Shown in pieces: positions 38,959 through 48,877 of a stretch of 64,000 nucleotides of DNA. The notes beneath the pieces are model-generated. The model saw only the letters and a list, made by a program, of their open reading frames with translations, did no database searches and was not told the origin of the DNA. The position numbers and the translations under genes are program-made. The first letter of the stretch is position 1, and the number at the start of each line of letters is the position of its first letter. This DNA is from Actinomycetes bacterium (GTDB lineage Bacteria > Actinomycetota > Acidimicrobiia > Acidimicrobiales > JAJYXR01), in assembly GCA_021801795.1 (NCBI GenBank), contig JAJYXR010000028.1:21429-85428 (forward strand). Reading direction: 5' to 3'.

Positions 38959-41900
38959 TCAGCCGGTGAGGTAGTAGCCCTCCACGTCGACGATCAGGTT
39001 CGTATAGCCCGTGGCACCGTTGTAGATGGTGATCTGGCCGCCGGTGCCCACCTTCACCACCGCCAGGTTCGCCACCGCTGCCTGGTAGGTCGCGATCGAC
39101 CAGTTCACGTTCGAGAAGCTTCCGGGGTTCGCGCTCAGACCGGTCGGGTAGGCAGAGAGGTAGCCGCCGGTGGAGAAGGATCCCGCGAAGGTCACGTTCA
39201 GGAGCACGGCCGCCACCCCAGTGGCCGGCACTCCTCCTACGCCGGTGACGCTCACGTGTATCTTTCCCCCGCCAGCAGGGGCTGCGAGTGTCGCGTCGGA
39301 TGCCGGCAGGGCTGCGCAGTAGGACGCGCTCAGCTCACTCGGTCGTGGGTTCTCGGCGCACCTGGTGTCCACCAGGCGCTCCGGGGAGACCGGGACGTAG
39401 GTGGAGCCAGCCGCGCTGCCCGTAGAGCTGCCCGATGTGGAGGAGGCTCCGGCCGAGAGGTAGTAGCCCTCCACGTCGACGATCAGGTTCGTATAGCCCG
39501 TGGCGCCGTTGTAGATGGTGATCTGGCCCCCGGTGCCCACCTTCACCACCGCCAGGTTCGCCACCGCTGCCTGGTAGGTCGCGATCGACCAGTTCACGTT
39601 CGAGAAGCTTGCGGGGTTCGCGCTCAGACCGGTCGGGTAGGCAGAGAGGTAGCCGCCGGTGGAGAAGGATCCAGCGAAGGTCACGTTCAGGAGCACGGCC
39701 GCCACCCCCGTGAGAGGCACGCTTCCTACGCCGGTGACGCTCACGTGGATCTTCCCCCCGCCAGCAGGGGCTGCGAGTGTCGCGTCGGATGCCGGCAGGG
39801 CTGCGCAGTAGGACGCGCTCAGGTCGCTCGGCAGAGGGTTCTCGGCGCACCTGGTGTCCACCAGGCGCTCCGGGGAGATCGGGACGTATGTGCCTGCTAC
39901 CTGCGGGGGCGCAATGATCGCATAGGTGTCCGATGTCACCGCTGTGGTGTCGGAGCTGGTCGACAGGGATCCCGTGTAGGAATACGACGGTTTCGTGGGA
40001 TTCAGCACCCCGCTGATGGTCACCGTTACCGCATCCGACGCGCCGATGCCAGTCGCCGACAGGTCCATCGATACCTGGTTAGGAGTGGCAGACCCAGTAC
40101 CGTCGGAGACGCTCACCGACGCGACCGTGTCGGTCGAGGAGGTGGCATCTGTGACGACATAGTCCGACGCGCTGGCCGGCAGCGTGGTACCCGCAGTCAG
40201 GGTGAGGTCGATAGAGGACCCCGCAGCCAGAGCCCCGCTGGCCGAGGTGGTGAAGACCACCGTGTAGGTAGACGTCGATCCCGTGGTGGCTGGCGCAGGC
40301 GATACGGTGAGACCCGAGGCTGACTCAGCGGACTGGGGAGCAGGACAGAGCACGCCAGGAGCGAAGATCGCGGATGTCGGCGTGCCGAGTCCACTGACCA
40401 TGTTGTAACCGGCGGTGGCCGGGTAGAGGCCGCTGTTCGTGCCAGTCATGTCGTTGTTCCCGGTGGTCACCCCCTGGAGGTCCGATGCATGGCTGTACAG
40501 AGCAGGGTTCGCGAACCCGGTCGAGCCCGCACAGCCCTGGTTCGTATCGGCCACCACAGCAGCCCAGAGAGGGGCTGCAGCGCTGGTGCCCCCTGCAGCC
40601 ACCCAACTGCCCTCGTAGTAGATCTCGTAGCCGTGGTTCGGATCTGCCGAGGCAGATACATCCGGCACCTCGCGACACAGGGACCCCGACGGCGCAGAGC
40701 AGGGCGAGCCGGTGGAGTACTGGTTCTCTACCCCGGTACCCTTCTGCCAGGACGGCATGGTCCAGTTCTGTGATATCCCACCACCACCGGCGCCACCTAG
40801 GACTCCTCCATTCCAGGCGCTCTGCACAGCCGGCGGGCCCAGCGAGCTGAGGCTCACACCTCCCACGCCAGTCACGTAGGGCTGCGAGGCCGGGTCGTCG
40901 ACTGCCAGGCCGATGGGCATCACCGAAGACATGAGCTCCGCGGGGACAACTCCCCCGTCGAGGGACAGGACGATGCCCGATCCGTTCGGGCTGCTCCCCA
41001 CTGCCTCACAGACGCTCGCAGCGCCACAGGACACCGCCGATAGGGAACCCGCCCAGGTGCCCGTGACAGCCCCAGGCGCGCCGCTGTCGATGGCGAGCAC
41101 CCCTCCGGTGCCGGTATAGGAATCGATACCCACGGCCTCGCAGGACCCGGCCGAAGGGCAGGCCAGCGAGGAGATGAGCGACATGGCAGGCACGTCGGTC
41201 ACCACGCCTGCGCCGGAGGATCCCACTGGCAGGGCTACTCCCTCGGTGGCACCTGCCAGCAAGCCGGCGGAGGAGGACGTAGAGGGCTCCTCGTAGAGAC
41301 CCACCGCCTCGCATGCACCCGGGGAACTGCAGGACACCGAGATCAGCTCGCTCGCAGAGGAGACTGCCTGCACGGCAGAAGGGCTCCCGCTCGCCAGAGT
41401 GAGGAGGACACCCTCCAGGACCCCACTCGACGTGGCGTACGCTCCCACGGCCTCGCAGCTGCTAGTCGGGCAGTCGATGCCCAATAGCGCGGTCGAGCCC
41501 CCCACTGGCACCGGGGATCCGGGCGCGCCGTTCGTGATGGCGACGGCGACGCCCTCACCGGCTGCATTCTCGCCCACTGCCTCGCACGTCGTGGTAGAGC
41601 TGCAGCTCACGGCGTCGAGGAAGGAGACCGACGAGACGCTCTCTGCGGCCCCGGGGGTGCCGTTCGACACCTGGACCGCCACGCCCACGCCCGAAGAGCT
41701 CTCGCCCACTGCCTCGCACTCCGCAGAGGACACGCAGTAGATGCCCATGATGGCTACGGCTCCCGGGACGCTCACGGCGCCACCCACCGTGGTGCTGGTG
41801 GCGTTCACCGTGGCCACCTCCCCGCTCTGACCCGTCGAACCCCCGGCGAGGCAGGCTGACGTGAAGCAGGACGCGGCATCGAGGCCTGGAGCCGTCCATG

Positions 41901-44900
41901 CGATCGAGACCGCGCCGGGCGTTCCATTCGAGACGCCGACGATCTCCGGTTGGCCCACGCCCGTAATGCCGAGAGCCTCGCACGCACCAGCCGATATGCA
42001 TGACACGCCCAGCAGCTCTGCGGCGGACGAAGTAGTGGCTGGGGATCCAGGCACGCCGTTGGACACCTCGAGTGCCACCCCGAGAAGGGAGGTGCTGCTG
42101 GCCAGGTCGGTGCCCACCGCCACGCAGGTGGTCGACGGGCAGGCCACGGAGCTGAGCAGCGTCGTGCCCGAGACCGTGGAGGCGGCTCCAGGAGACCCAC
42201 CAGTGACGGGGACCACCACGCCCTCTGCGCTGAGCAGAAGACTGGTCGTACCCGACCCAGTCGCATAGTCTCCGACAGCCACACAGGCGCTCGCAGAGCT
42301 GCAGGCCACAGAGGTCAGCTGGCTCGCCCCACTCACGTCTGCCGGTGATCCGGGCGCGCCACCGTCCAGTGCTACGACTGCTCCCACGGACGAAGTGGAG
42401 GAGCTGATCGTCACGCCAACAGCCTCGCAGGAGCTGCTGGTGGCACACGCTATCGAGCTCAGCCTCGACACGCCCGATACCTCTAGAGCACTGCCTGGCG
42501 TGCCATCCGTTATGGGGAGCGTCACGGCCGACACCTGGGCCGAGGTGGAGGAACTCATCACTAACCCCACTGCCTGGCAGCTCCCCGAGGCTGGACATGC
42601 CACGCCCGTAAGCTCCGAGGTTCCTGGGGCATCTACCGGCGTACCCGGGGTGCCCGAATCGATCGGTACGGCTACGCCCTCGAACAGCGTGGAAACCGAG
42701 GTCGCGCTGAGGTTCAGGTCATAGCCGACTGCCTCGCAGGAGGTGGCTGACGAGCACGCTACCGAGGACAGCTCGCTCGTTCCCGGTACCTCTACCGGTG
42801 CACCAGCCACCCCGTTCGTCACCTGCGCCACGACTCCGACGCCATTGCTGTCGTCGCCGACTGCCAGGCACGATGTCGAGGAGTAGCACGCCAGACCCCT
42901 CAGTGTCACCGACGCCGGCGCTGGAGTGCCCACCGAGGTCACGCCTGCAGCCACACCGCTCGTCGAGATAGGCACCACGGCGCCGTTCCCCGCCAGGTCC
43001 GCGCCGACTGCCTCGCAGCCGGTGGATCCCGAGCAGGTGACCCCGTCCAGCCCGCTCACCCCCGACACCTCCACGACGCTTCCCAGGGTGTCGCCGCTCA
43101 TGGGCACAGCCAGGCCACCAGAGGTGGAGGACAGGCCTACGAGGAGGCACGCTCCTGAAGCGCCGCAGGCGGCAGCCTCTATCAGGGTCGCAGAGGTAAG
43201 GACCGTCAGCTGGCCAGGCGTCCCGTCAGTGATGGAGTCGACGACACCGTCGCCCGAGGCGTTGTCACCACCGAAGACGCACGAGGTGGTACCGCTGCAC
43301 GCAACCGCGTCCACCAGGGATGTGCCGGGCACGTCCAGAACGCTCTCGACATCACCATCCACCACCAGCGCCACCAGCCCTTCAGGGTTCGCGACGCTGC
43401 TGTCGGCTCCCACCACCGCGCACGCAGTAGTCGAGGGGCAGGCGATCCCGTAGAGCACCGAGCTGCCCGGTATGTCGATGGGTGAGCCAGGCGTGCCGCC
43501 CACGAGGGATAGCACCACGCCTACCCCGGAGGCCCCAACCCCGGTCATCACGCACCCCGAGCTAGAGGGGCAGTCGATCGCCAGTATGGCAGCCGTATCC
43601 GATGCCACTATGGGAGCTCCGGGAACGCCCGAGTCTATGGGCACCACGACACCCACCCCGTTCGCATTAGCGCCCACCGCCTCGCACTCGGTGGTCGTCG
43701 GGCAGGCCACGGCGAACAGAGCGATGGTCCCGCTCACCATGATCGGCGTCCCGGTGCTGGACCCGTCCACCGGGACGACCACCCCCTCGGCATCGTTCGA
43801 GTTCTGACCGACTGCGATGCACGACGTCGAGGATGGGCAGGCAATGCCGTTCAGCGAGTCAGGCGCTCCGCTGTAGCAGTCCTCGGATCCGGAGTCCCCA
43901 GCCGCAGCGATCATCGTCTGGCCCTGAGCAGCCATCTGCTCGAAGATCGTGTTCTCCGCCCCGGCGGCGGCAGTCCCGGTGGCCGCCTCGCACTCCCCCC
44001 AGCTGGTGGAGACCACCTGAGCAGCGTCGGCGTTCGCGATGGCGGCATAGTCGTCGATGGAGCCCACCTGGCTGTTCGGTGCCTCGTAGACGACGATCTT
44101 CGCCTCGGGTGCCAATGCAGCAGCGTCCTCGATGTCCAGGGTGTCCTCGGCCGAGCCGCCGAGCCCTGAGGTGCCTCCCCCGTCGACCTGGACCTGGCTG
44201 ACCGGCGTGGTGATCCCGTAACAGGACTCGAAGCTGCTTATATCAGAGCTCGAGTACGGAGCCAGCTCGAAGAGGCCTATCGTCTGCCCGGCGCCGAACA
44301 GGCCCTTGGCGTAGGCGCCCGAGCTGAAGCCGTACGCCTGGGCAATCTGGCCGGCAGTGTAGGCGCCTGCAGACGACGCCGCGCTGGAGGCCGCCGAGCA
44401 GGCACTCGGCCCTGACGCGCCACGGGGAGAGACAGCGCTGCCGGGTACTGCCTCGGCGCTCCGAGATTCCCCGGCCAGAGCAGATCCGGCCTGGGGAGCG
44501 ATCTCTGCTGCCAGCGCAGCCCGGATCCGTCCCTCGCCGATGGCTCCGGCTATAGGCGGGAGGCTGCGTACCTGGCTGGCGCCGCTCACGCCTGGCTGGC
44601 CGGTAAGGCTGTCGGTGACGCCAGTGCGGCATAGGCCGAGCGAGCGGGTGCCGTGAAAGGCCCGCGGATAGCCGGGGATCCTCACCAGGCACGCATTCGA
44701 TGCCGAAGGAGCCATCAGCGGGTGCGGACGCACCACCGTGGACAACCCCACGATCGCCTGGACGTAGTGCGATACCGCGGCGTCCAGATGGGGAGGGGCC
44801 AGGTTCGCGAACGCGCTGCGGCCACTCGGCAGCCTGTAGCTGAGCTCGGTCACACCGAGCGCACGCTCGACTGCGGCTGCCTTACCGGTCACCGGTACCA

Positions 44901-45456
44901 CCAAGCCATCTTCACTCAGGTGCCCGGGGCGCAGACCGCCATCCGCCAGCGCGGAGCGGACCTCGGACACGGCGGCGCTGGACGCGCCGAAACGGGCGGC
45001 GAACTGCCCACGCTTCAAGAAGTGGTGGTATTCCGGCGATCCTGGCGTGTACATCTTGTCCAGGAGCGCCTGGAGCCCTGCCTCGTCCCGAGGCCGCAGC
45101 ACCACGTCGAAGGACATCGGCGTAGACGGAGCGAGCCGGCCGATAGCATGCGATCCTGCAGGCAGCCCGGTGACTCCGGCAGGTGCGAGCGGTGCCCCGC
45201 CCCTGAGCGGCCTTCCCAGGCTCTCCAGCGAAGCCCGAGCGCTCTGGTGGTCGGCCCCGGAACCGACCGTGTCGTGCGAGGAAGCTGTCCCCAGAGCGCC
45301 ACCAACAGGGGCGGCCGAGGCGAGAAGCAACGTCCCGGCCAGCACAGCTGCCAGAACAGGGGCTCCCAACAGGGCACCCCGCAGCCCACTGGCTGCCGGA
45401 GCTCCGCTGGCAGCAGCAGACCCGTCGGACTGCTCGCGCTTGGCCATGCCCATCAC
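38959..45456 (-). CDS. Giant secreted sedolisin (peptidase S53). Layout: signal/TM, pro-kumamolisin-type prodomain, catalytic domain interrupted by 21 Cys-pair repeats, Ig-like module, 2 C-terminal 'DTR' modules
   Basis: 2165 aa. The prodomain motif is ...MYTPGSPEYHHFLKRGQFAARFG... The catalytic pieces are ...SAEDTLDIE... (E437/D441 by my count), ...AAAGDSGSEDC... (D521) and ...AAGGTSAAAPLWA... (S1625). About 985 aa of repeats lie between D521 and ...VDDPASQPYVTGVGG... Confidence 0.85.
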   Translation of the reverse strand: MMGMAKREQSDGSAAASGAPAASGLRGALLGAPVLAAVLAGTLLLASAAPVGGALGTASSHDTVGSGADHQSARASLESLGRPLRGGAPLAPAGVTGLPAGSHAIGRLAPSTPMSFDVVLRPRDEAGLQALLDKMYTPGSPEYHHFLKRGQFAARFGASSAAVSEVRSALADGGLRPGHLSEDGLVVPVTGKAAAVERALGVTELSYRLPSGRSAFANLAPPHLDAAVSHYVQAIVGLSTVVRPHPLMAPSASNACLVRIPGYPRAFHGTRSLGLCRTGVTDSLTGQPGVSGASQVRSLPPIAGAIGEGRIRAALAAEIAPQAGSALAGESRSAEAVPGSAVSPRGASGPSACSAASSAASSAGAYTAGQIAQAYGFSSGAYAKGLFGAGQTIGLFELAPYSSSDISSFESCYGITTPVSQVQVDGGGTSGLGGSAEDTLDIEDAAALAPEAKIVVYEAPNSQVGSIDDYAAIANADAAQVVSTSWGECEAATGTAAAGAENTIFEQMAAQGQTMIAAAGDSGSEDCYSGAPDSLNGIACPSSTSCIAVGQNSNDAEGVVVPVDGSSTGTPIMVSGTIALFAVACPTTTECEAVGANANGVGVVVPIDSGVPGAPIVASDTAAILAIDCPSSSGCVMTGVGASGVGVVLSLVGGTPGSPIDIPGSSVLYGIACPSTTACAVVGADSSVANPEGLVALVVDGDVESVLDVPGTSLVDAVACSGTTSCVFGGDNASGDGVVDSITDGTPGQLTVLTSATLIEAAACGASGACLLVGLSSTSGGLAVPMSGDTLGSVVEVSGVSGLDGVTCSGSTGCEAVGADLAGNGAVVPISTSGVAAGVTSVGTPAPASVTLRGLACYSSTSCLAVGDDSNGVGVVAQVTNGVAGAPVEVPGTSELSSVACSSATSCEAVGYDLNLSATSVSTLFEGVAVPIDSGTPGTPVDAPGTSELTGVACPASGSCQAVGLVMSSSTSAQVSAVTLPITDGTPGSALEVSGVSRLSSIACATSSSCEAVGVTISSSTSSVGAVVALDGGAPGSPADVSGASQLTSVACSSASACVAVGDYATGSGTTSLLLSAEGVVVPVTGGSPGAASTVSGTTLLSSVACPSTTCVAVGTDLASSTSLLGVALEVSNGVPGSPATTSSAAELLGVSCISAGACEALGITGVGQPEIVGVSNGTPGAVSIAWTAPGLDAASCFTSACLAGGSTGQSGEVATVNATSTTVGGAVSVPGAVAIMGIYCVSSAECEAVGESSSGVGVAVQVSNGTPGAAESVSSVSFLDAVSCSSTTTCEAVGENAAGEGVAVAITNGAPGSPVPVGGSTALLGIDCPTSSCEAVGAYATSSGVLEGVLLTLASGSPSAVQAVSSASELISVSCSSPGACEAVGLYEEPSTSSSAGLLAGATEGVALPVGSSGAGVVTDVPAMSLISSLACPSAGSCEAVGIDSYTGTGGVLAIDSGAPGAVTGTWAGSLSAVSCGAASVCEAVGSSPNGSGIVLSLDGGVVPAELMSSVMPIGLAVDDPASQPYVTGVGGVSLSSLGPPAVQSAWNGGVLGGAGGGGISQNWTMPSWQKGTGVENQYSTGSPCSAPSGSLCREVPDVSASADPNHGYEIYYEGSWVAAGGTSAAAPLWAAVVADTNQGCAGSTGFANPALYSHASDLQGVTTGNNDMTGTNSGLYPATAGYNMVSGLGTPTSAIFAPGVLCPAPQSAESASGLTVSPAPATTGSTSTYTVVFTTSASGALAAGSSIDLTLTAGTTLPASASDYVVTDATSSTDTVASVSVSDGTGSATPNQVSMDLSATGIGASDAVTVTISGVLNPTKPSYSYTGSLSTSSDTTAVTSDTYAIIAPPQVAGTYVPISPERLVDTRCAENPLPSDLSASYCAALPASDATLAAPAGGGKIHVSVTGVGSVPLTGVAAVLLNVTFAGSFSTGGYLSAYPTGLSANPASFSNVNWSIATYQAAVANLAVVKVGTGGQITIYNGATGYTNLIVDVEGYYLSAGASSTSGSSTGSAAGSTYVPVSPERLVDTRCAENPRPSELSASYCAALPASDATLAAPAGGGKIHVSVTGVGGVPATGVAAVLLNVTFAGSFSTGGYLSAYPTGLSANPGSFSNVNWSIATYQAAVANLAVVKVGTGGQITIYNGATGYTNLIVDVEGYYLTG
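38962..39900 (-). repeat. 2 x 489-bp near-identical tandem duplication encoding the two C-terminal 'DTR' modules
   Basis: The copy starting at 38971 and the copy starting at 39460 are offset by 489 bp (163 codons). By eye I counted about 18 mismatches over about 440 bp. Confidence 0.9.
40912..43872 (-). repeat. 21 degenerate repeats of about 47 aa, each with a C-x(4-6)-C-x-(A/V)-(V/L)-G motif, nested in the S53 domain
   Basis: I counted 21 Cys-pair motifs (CPSSTSCIAVG, CPTTTECEAVG ... CGAASVCEAVG). Each is followed by G(V)VVP(V/I)xxGxPGxxxxVxGxxxLxx(V/I). Confidence 0.85.
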
Positions 45457-45656
45457 CGCCTTTCACGGCTAGACACCCGGTCTCTGTAGCGGTCTACGCC
45501 GCTACAGACGTTACCTGATCGCACGTCGTGATGTCTCTTGAGAATCGAGCAGTGCGGTCGGTTCCCGGCCTGCCGGTATGCAGATGCATCGCCCCGCGGC
45601 GAACCATGGAGCCGCGCCTGGATGCTAGAGGCGATGGGGCCCATAGGATTGTTTCG

Positions 45657-46928
45657 ATGAGTGCTACTCAGCACACCGCTCCTAGCGGCCATGAGGGTGC
45701 TGACGCTTCTCAGGTCTACGGGCGCTGTTTCGACGCGGTGGTGATCGGTGGAGGTGTGATAGGGCTTGCCTCGGCCTGGCAGGCATCCAAGCGCGGCCTG
45801 GCCGTAGCCGTCGTAGACCCCGACCCCGGGCATGGCGCCTCGTGGGCTGCAGCCGGGATGCTCGCGCCTGTGACCGAGGCTCACTATGGTGAGGAGGCGC
45901 TGCTCCACCTGTCGCTGGCGTCTGCCCGTCTCTGGGGCGCTTTCGCCGAGGAGCTGGAAGCCGACACCGGTAGCGACATCGGCTACAGGAGGTGCGGCAC
46001 CATGCTCGTCGCATTCGACGACGACGACCGGATGGCGGCCAGACAGCTCTACGAGTTCCAGCTGAAGCTCGGCCTTCAGGTCCGGTGGGTTTCAGGCCGC
46101 GAGGCTCGTGAGATGGAGCCGAACCTGGCGCCGGGCATTCGTGGTGCCCTGTGGGCCCCGAACGACCACCAGGTGAGGACCCGTCACCTCGTCCGGGCAC
46201 TCCTGGATGCCTGCCAAGAGAGCGAGGTGGCCTTCGTGCCCGAGAGGGCAGTGGCGCTCGAAGCTCCAGGTGGACGCCTGAGCGCGGTACGCCTTGCCTC
46301 TGGTATCCGGCTCACCTGCGGCGCCGCGGTGCTGGCCGCCGGAAGCTGGTCCCGATCGGTCGACGGGCTCCCCGAGCTCGCCCAGGTGCCACTTCGGCCC
46401 GTGAAGGGCGTGATCCTCCGCCTCGCGCCCGCCCCCCTGACCGCCAGCGCCACCCCAGAAACAGAACCTCCACCCCTGCTCACCCGCACTGTGCGGGGCA
46501 TGGTCCAGGGTTCTCATGTATATCTCGTCCCACGCGCGGACGGATCGATCGTGCTCGGAGCCACCTCGGAGGAACGTGGCTTCGACACGACCGTCTCCGT
46601 CGGTGCCCTCCACGACCTGATCCGCCTGGCCAGACGCCTCGTACCTGGTGTCACCGAGATGGTGCTCGCTGACGCGACCGCGGGCCTGCGACCGGCGACA
46701 GCCGACAACGGCCCCGTGATCGCAGCCATGGGCGGCGACTCCGGCGCCGAGGGGCTCGTGCTCGCCTTCGGCCACTACCGAAACGGTATCCTGCTCACCC
46801 CGATAACTGCGTCAGCCGTCTCGGCGTGGCTCTGTGGTGATCCAGCGCCTGACGAGGTGAGCGCTTTCGGGCCTTCACGTTTCTGCGCTCCAGGCTCCCC
46901 TGGGCTCCCTGCGGATGGTGTCCGATGA
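45657..46928 (+). CDS. thiO: Glycine oxidase ThiO (FAD-dependent)
   Basis: The ORF opens at 45528. The likely ATG at 45657 gives ...FDAVVIGGGVIGLASAW... near the N-terminus. There is an ATGA overlap with thiS. Confidence 0.8.
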   Translation: MSATQHTAPSGHEGADASQVYGRCFDAVVIGGGVIGLASAWQASKRGLAVAVVDPDPGHGASWAAAGMLAPVTEAHYGEEALLHLSLASARLWGAFAEELEADTGSDIGYRRCGTMLVAFDDDDRMAARQLYEFQLKLGLQVRWVSGREAREMEPNLAPGIRGALWAPNDHQVRTRHLVRALLDACQESEVAFVPERAVALEAPGGRLSAVRLASGIRLTCGAAVLAAGSWSRSVDGLPELAQVPLRPVKGVILRLAPAPLTASATPETEPPPLLTRTVRGMVQGSHVYLVPRADGSIVLGATSEERGFDTTVSVGALHDLIRLARRLVPGVTEMVLADATAGLRPATADNGPVIAAMGGDSGAEGLVLAFGHYRNGILLTPITASAVSAWLCGDPAPDEVSAFGPSRFCAPGSPGLPADGVR

Positions 46929-47158
46929 GCGACACGGATCGCGTACATGACGGCATCTTCCAGGTCGTGGTGAACGGCCTCTCGTCAACCGTCGTACCAG
47001 GCACCACCCTGGGAGAGCTGGTTCGCCGCGTCACCGACCACCAGGCTGGCATCGCGGTTGCCCTGAACGCCGAGATCGTGCCGAGAAGCCACTGGGATGC
47101 AGTGCAGGTGCAGGCCGGTGATCGGGTCGAGGTGCTCACAGCGGCAGCGGGAGGATAG
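46925..47158 (+). CDS. thiS: Sulfur-carrier protein ThiS
   Basis: 77 aa ending ...VEVLTAAAGG (C-terminal GG). It lies between thiO and thiG. Confidence 0.85.
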   Translation: MSDTDRVHDGIFQVVVNGLSSTVVPGTTLGELVRRVTDHQAGIAVALNAEIVPRSHWDAVQVQAGDRVEVLTAAAGG

Positions 47159-47207
47159 GTCTGGCGGGAGCACCGCCCACGCCGGGATCCGCCCACGCCG
47201 CCGCTAG

Positions 47208-48868
<1,661 letters not shown>

Positions 48869-48877
<9 letters not shown>

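Noticed and set aside
38812-40323. 503-aa plus-strand ORF with an internal duplication
   Set aside because: It is the antisense reading of the duplicated 'DTR' modules. Its own repeat simply mirrors the 489-bp duplication.
45481-45656. Calling a TPP riboswitch feature upstream of thiO
   Set aside because: Only partial matches to the THI-box consensus were found, and I could not assemble the conserved P2/P3/P4/P5 helices by eye. It is left as a finding to test with cmsearch rather than as an annotated ncRNA.
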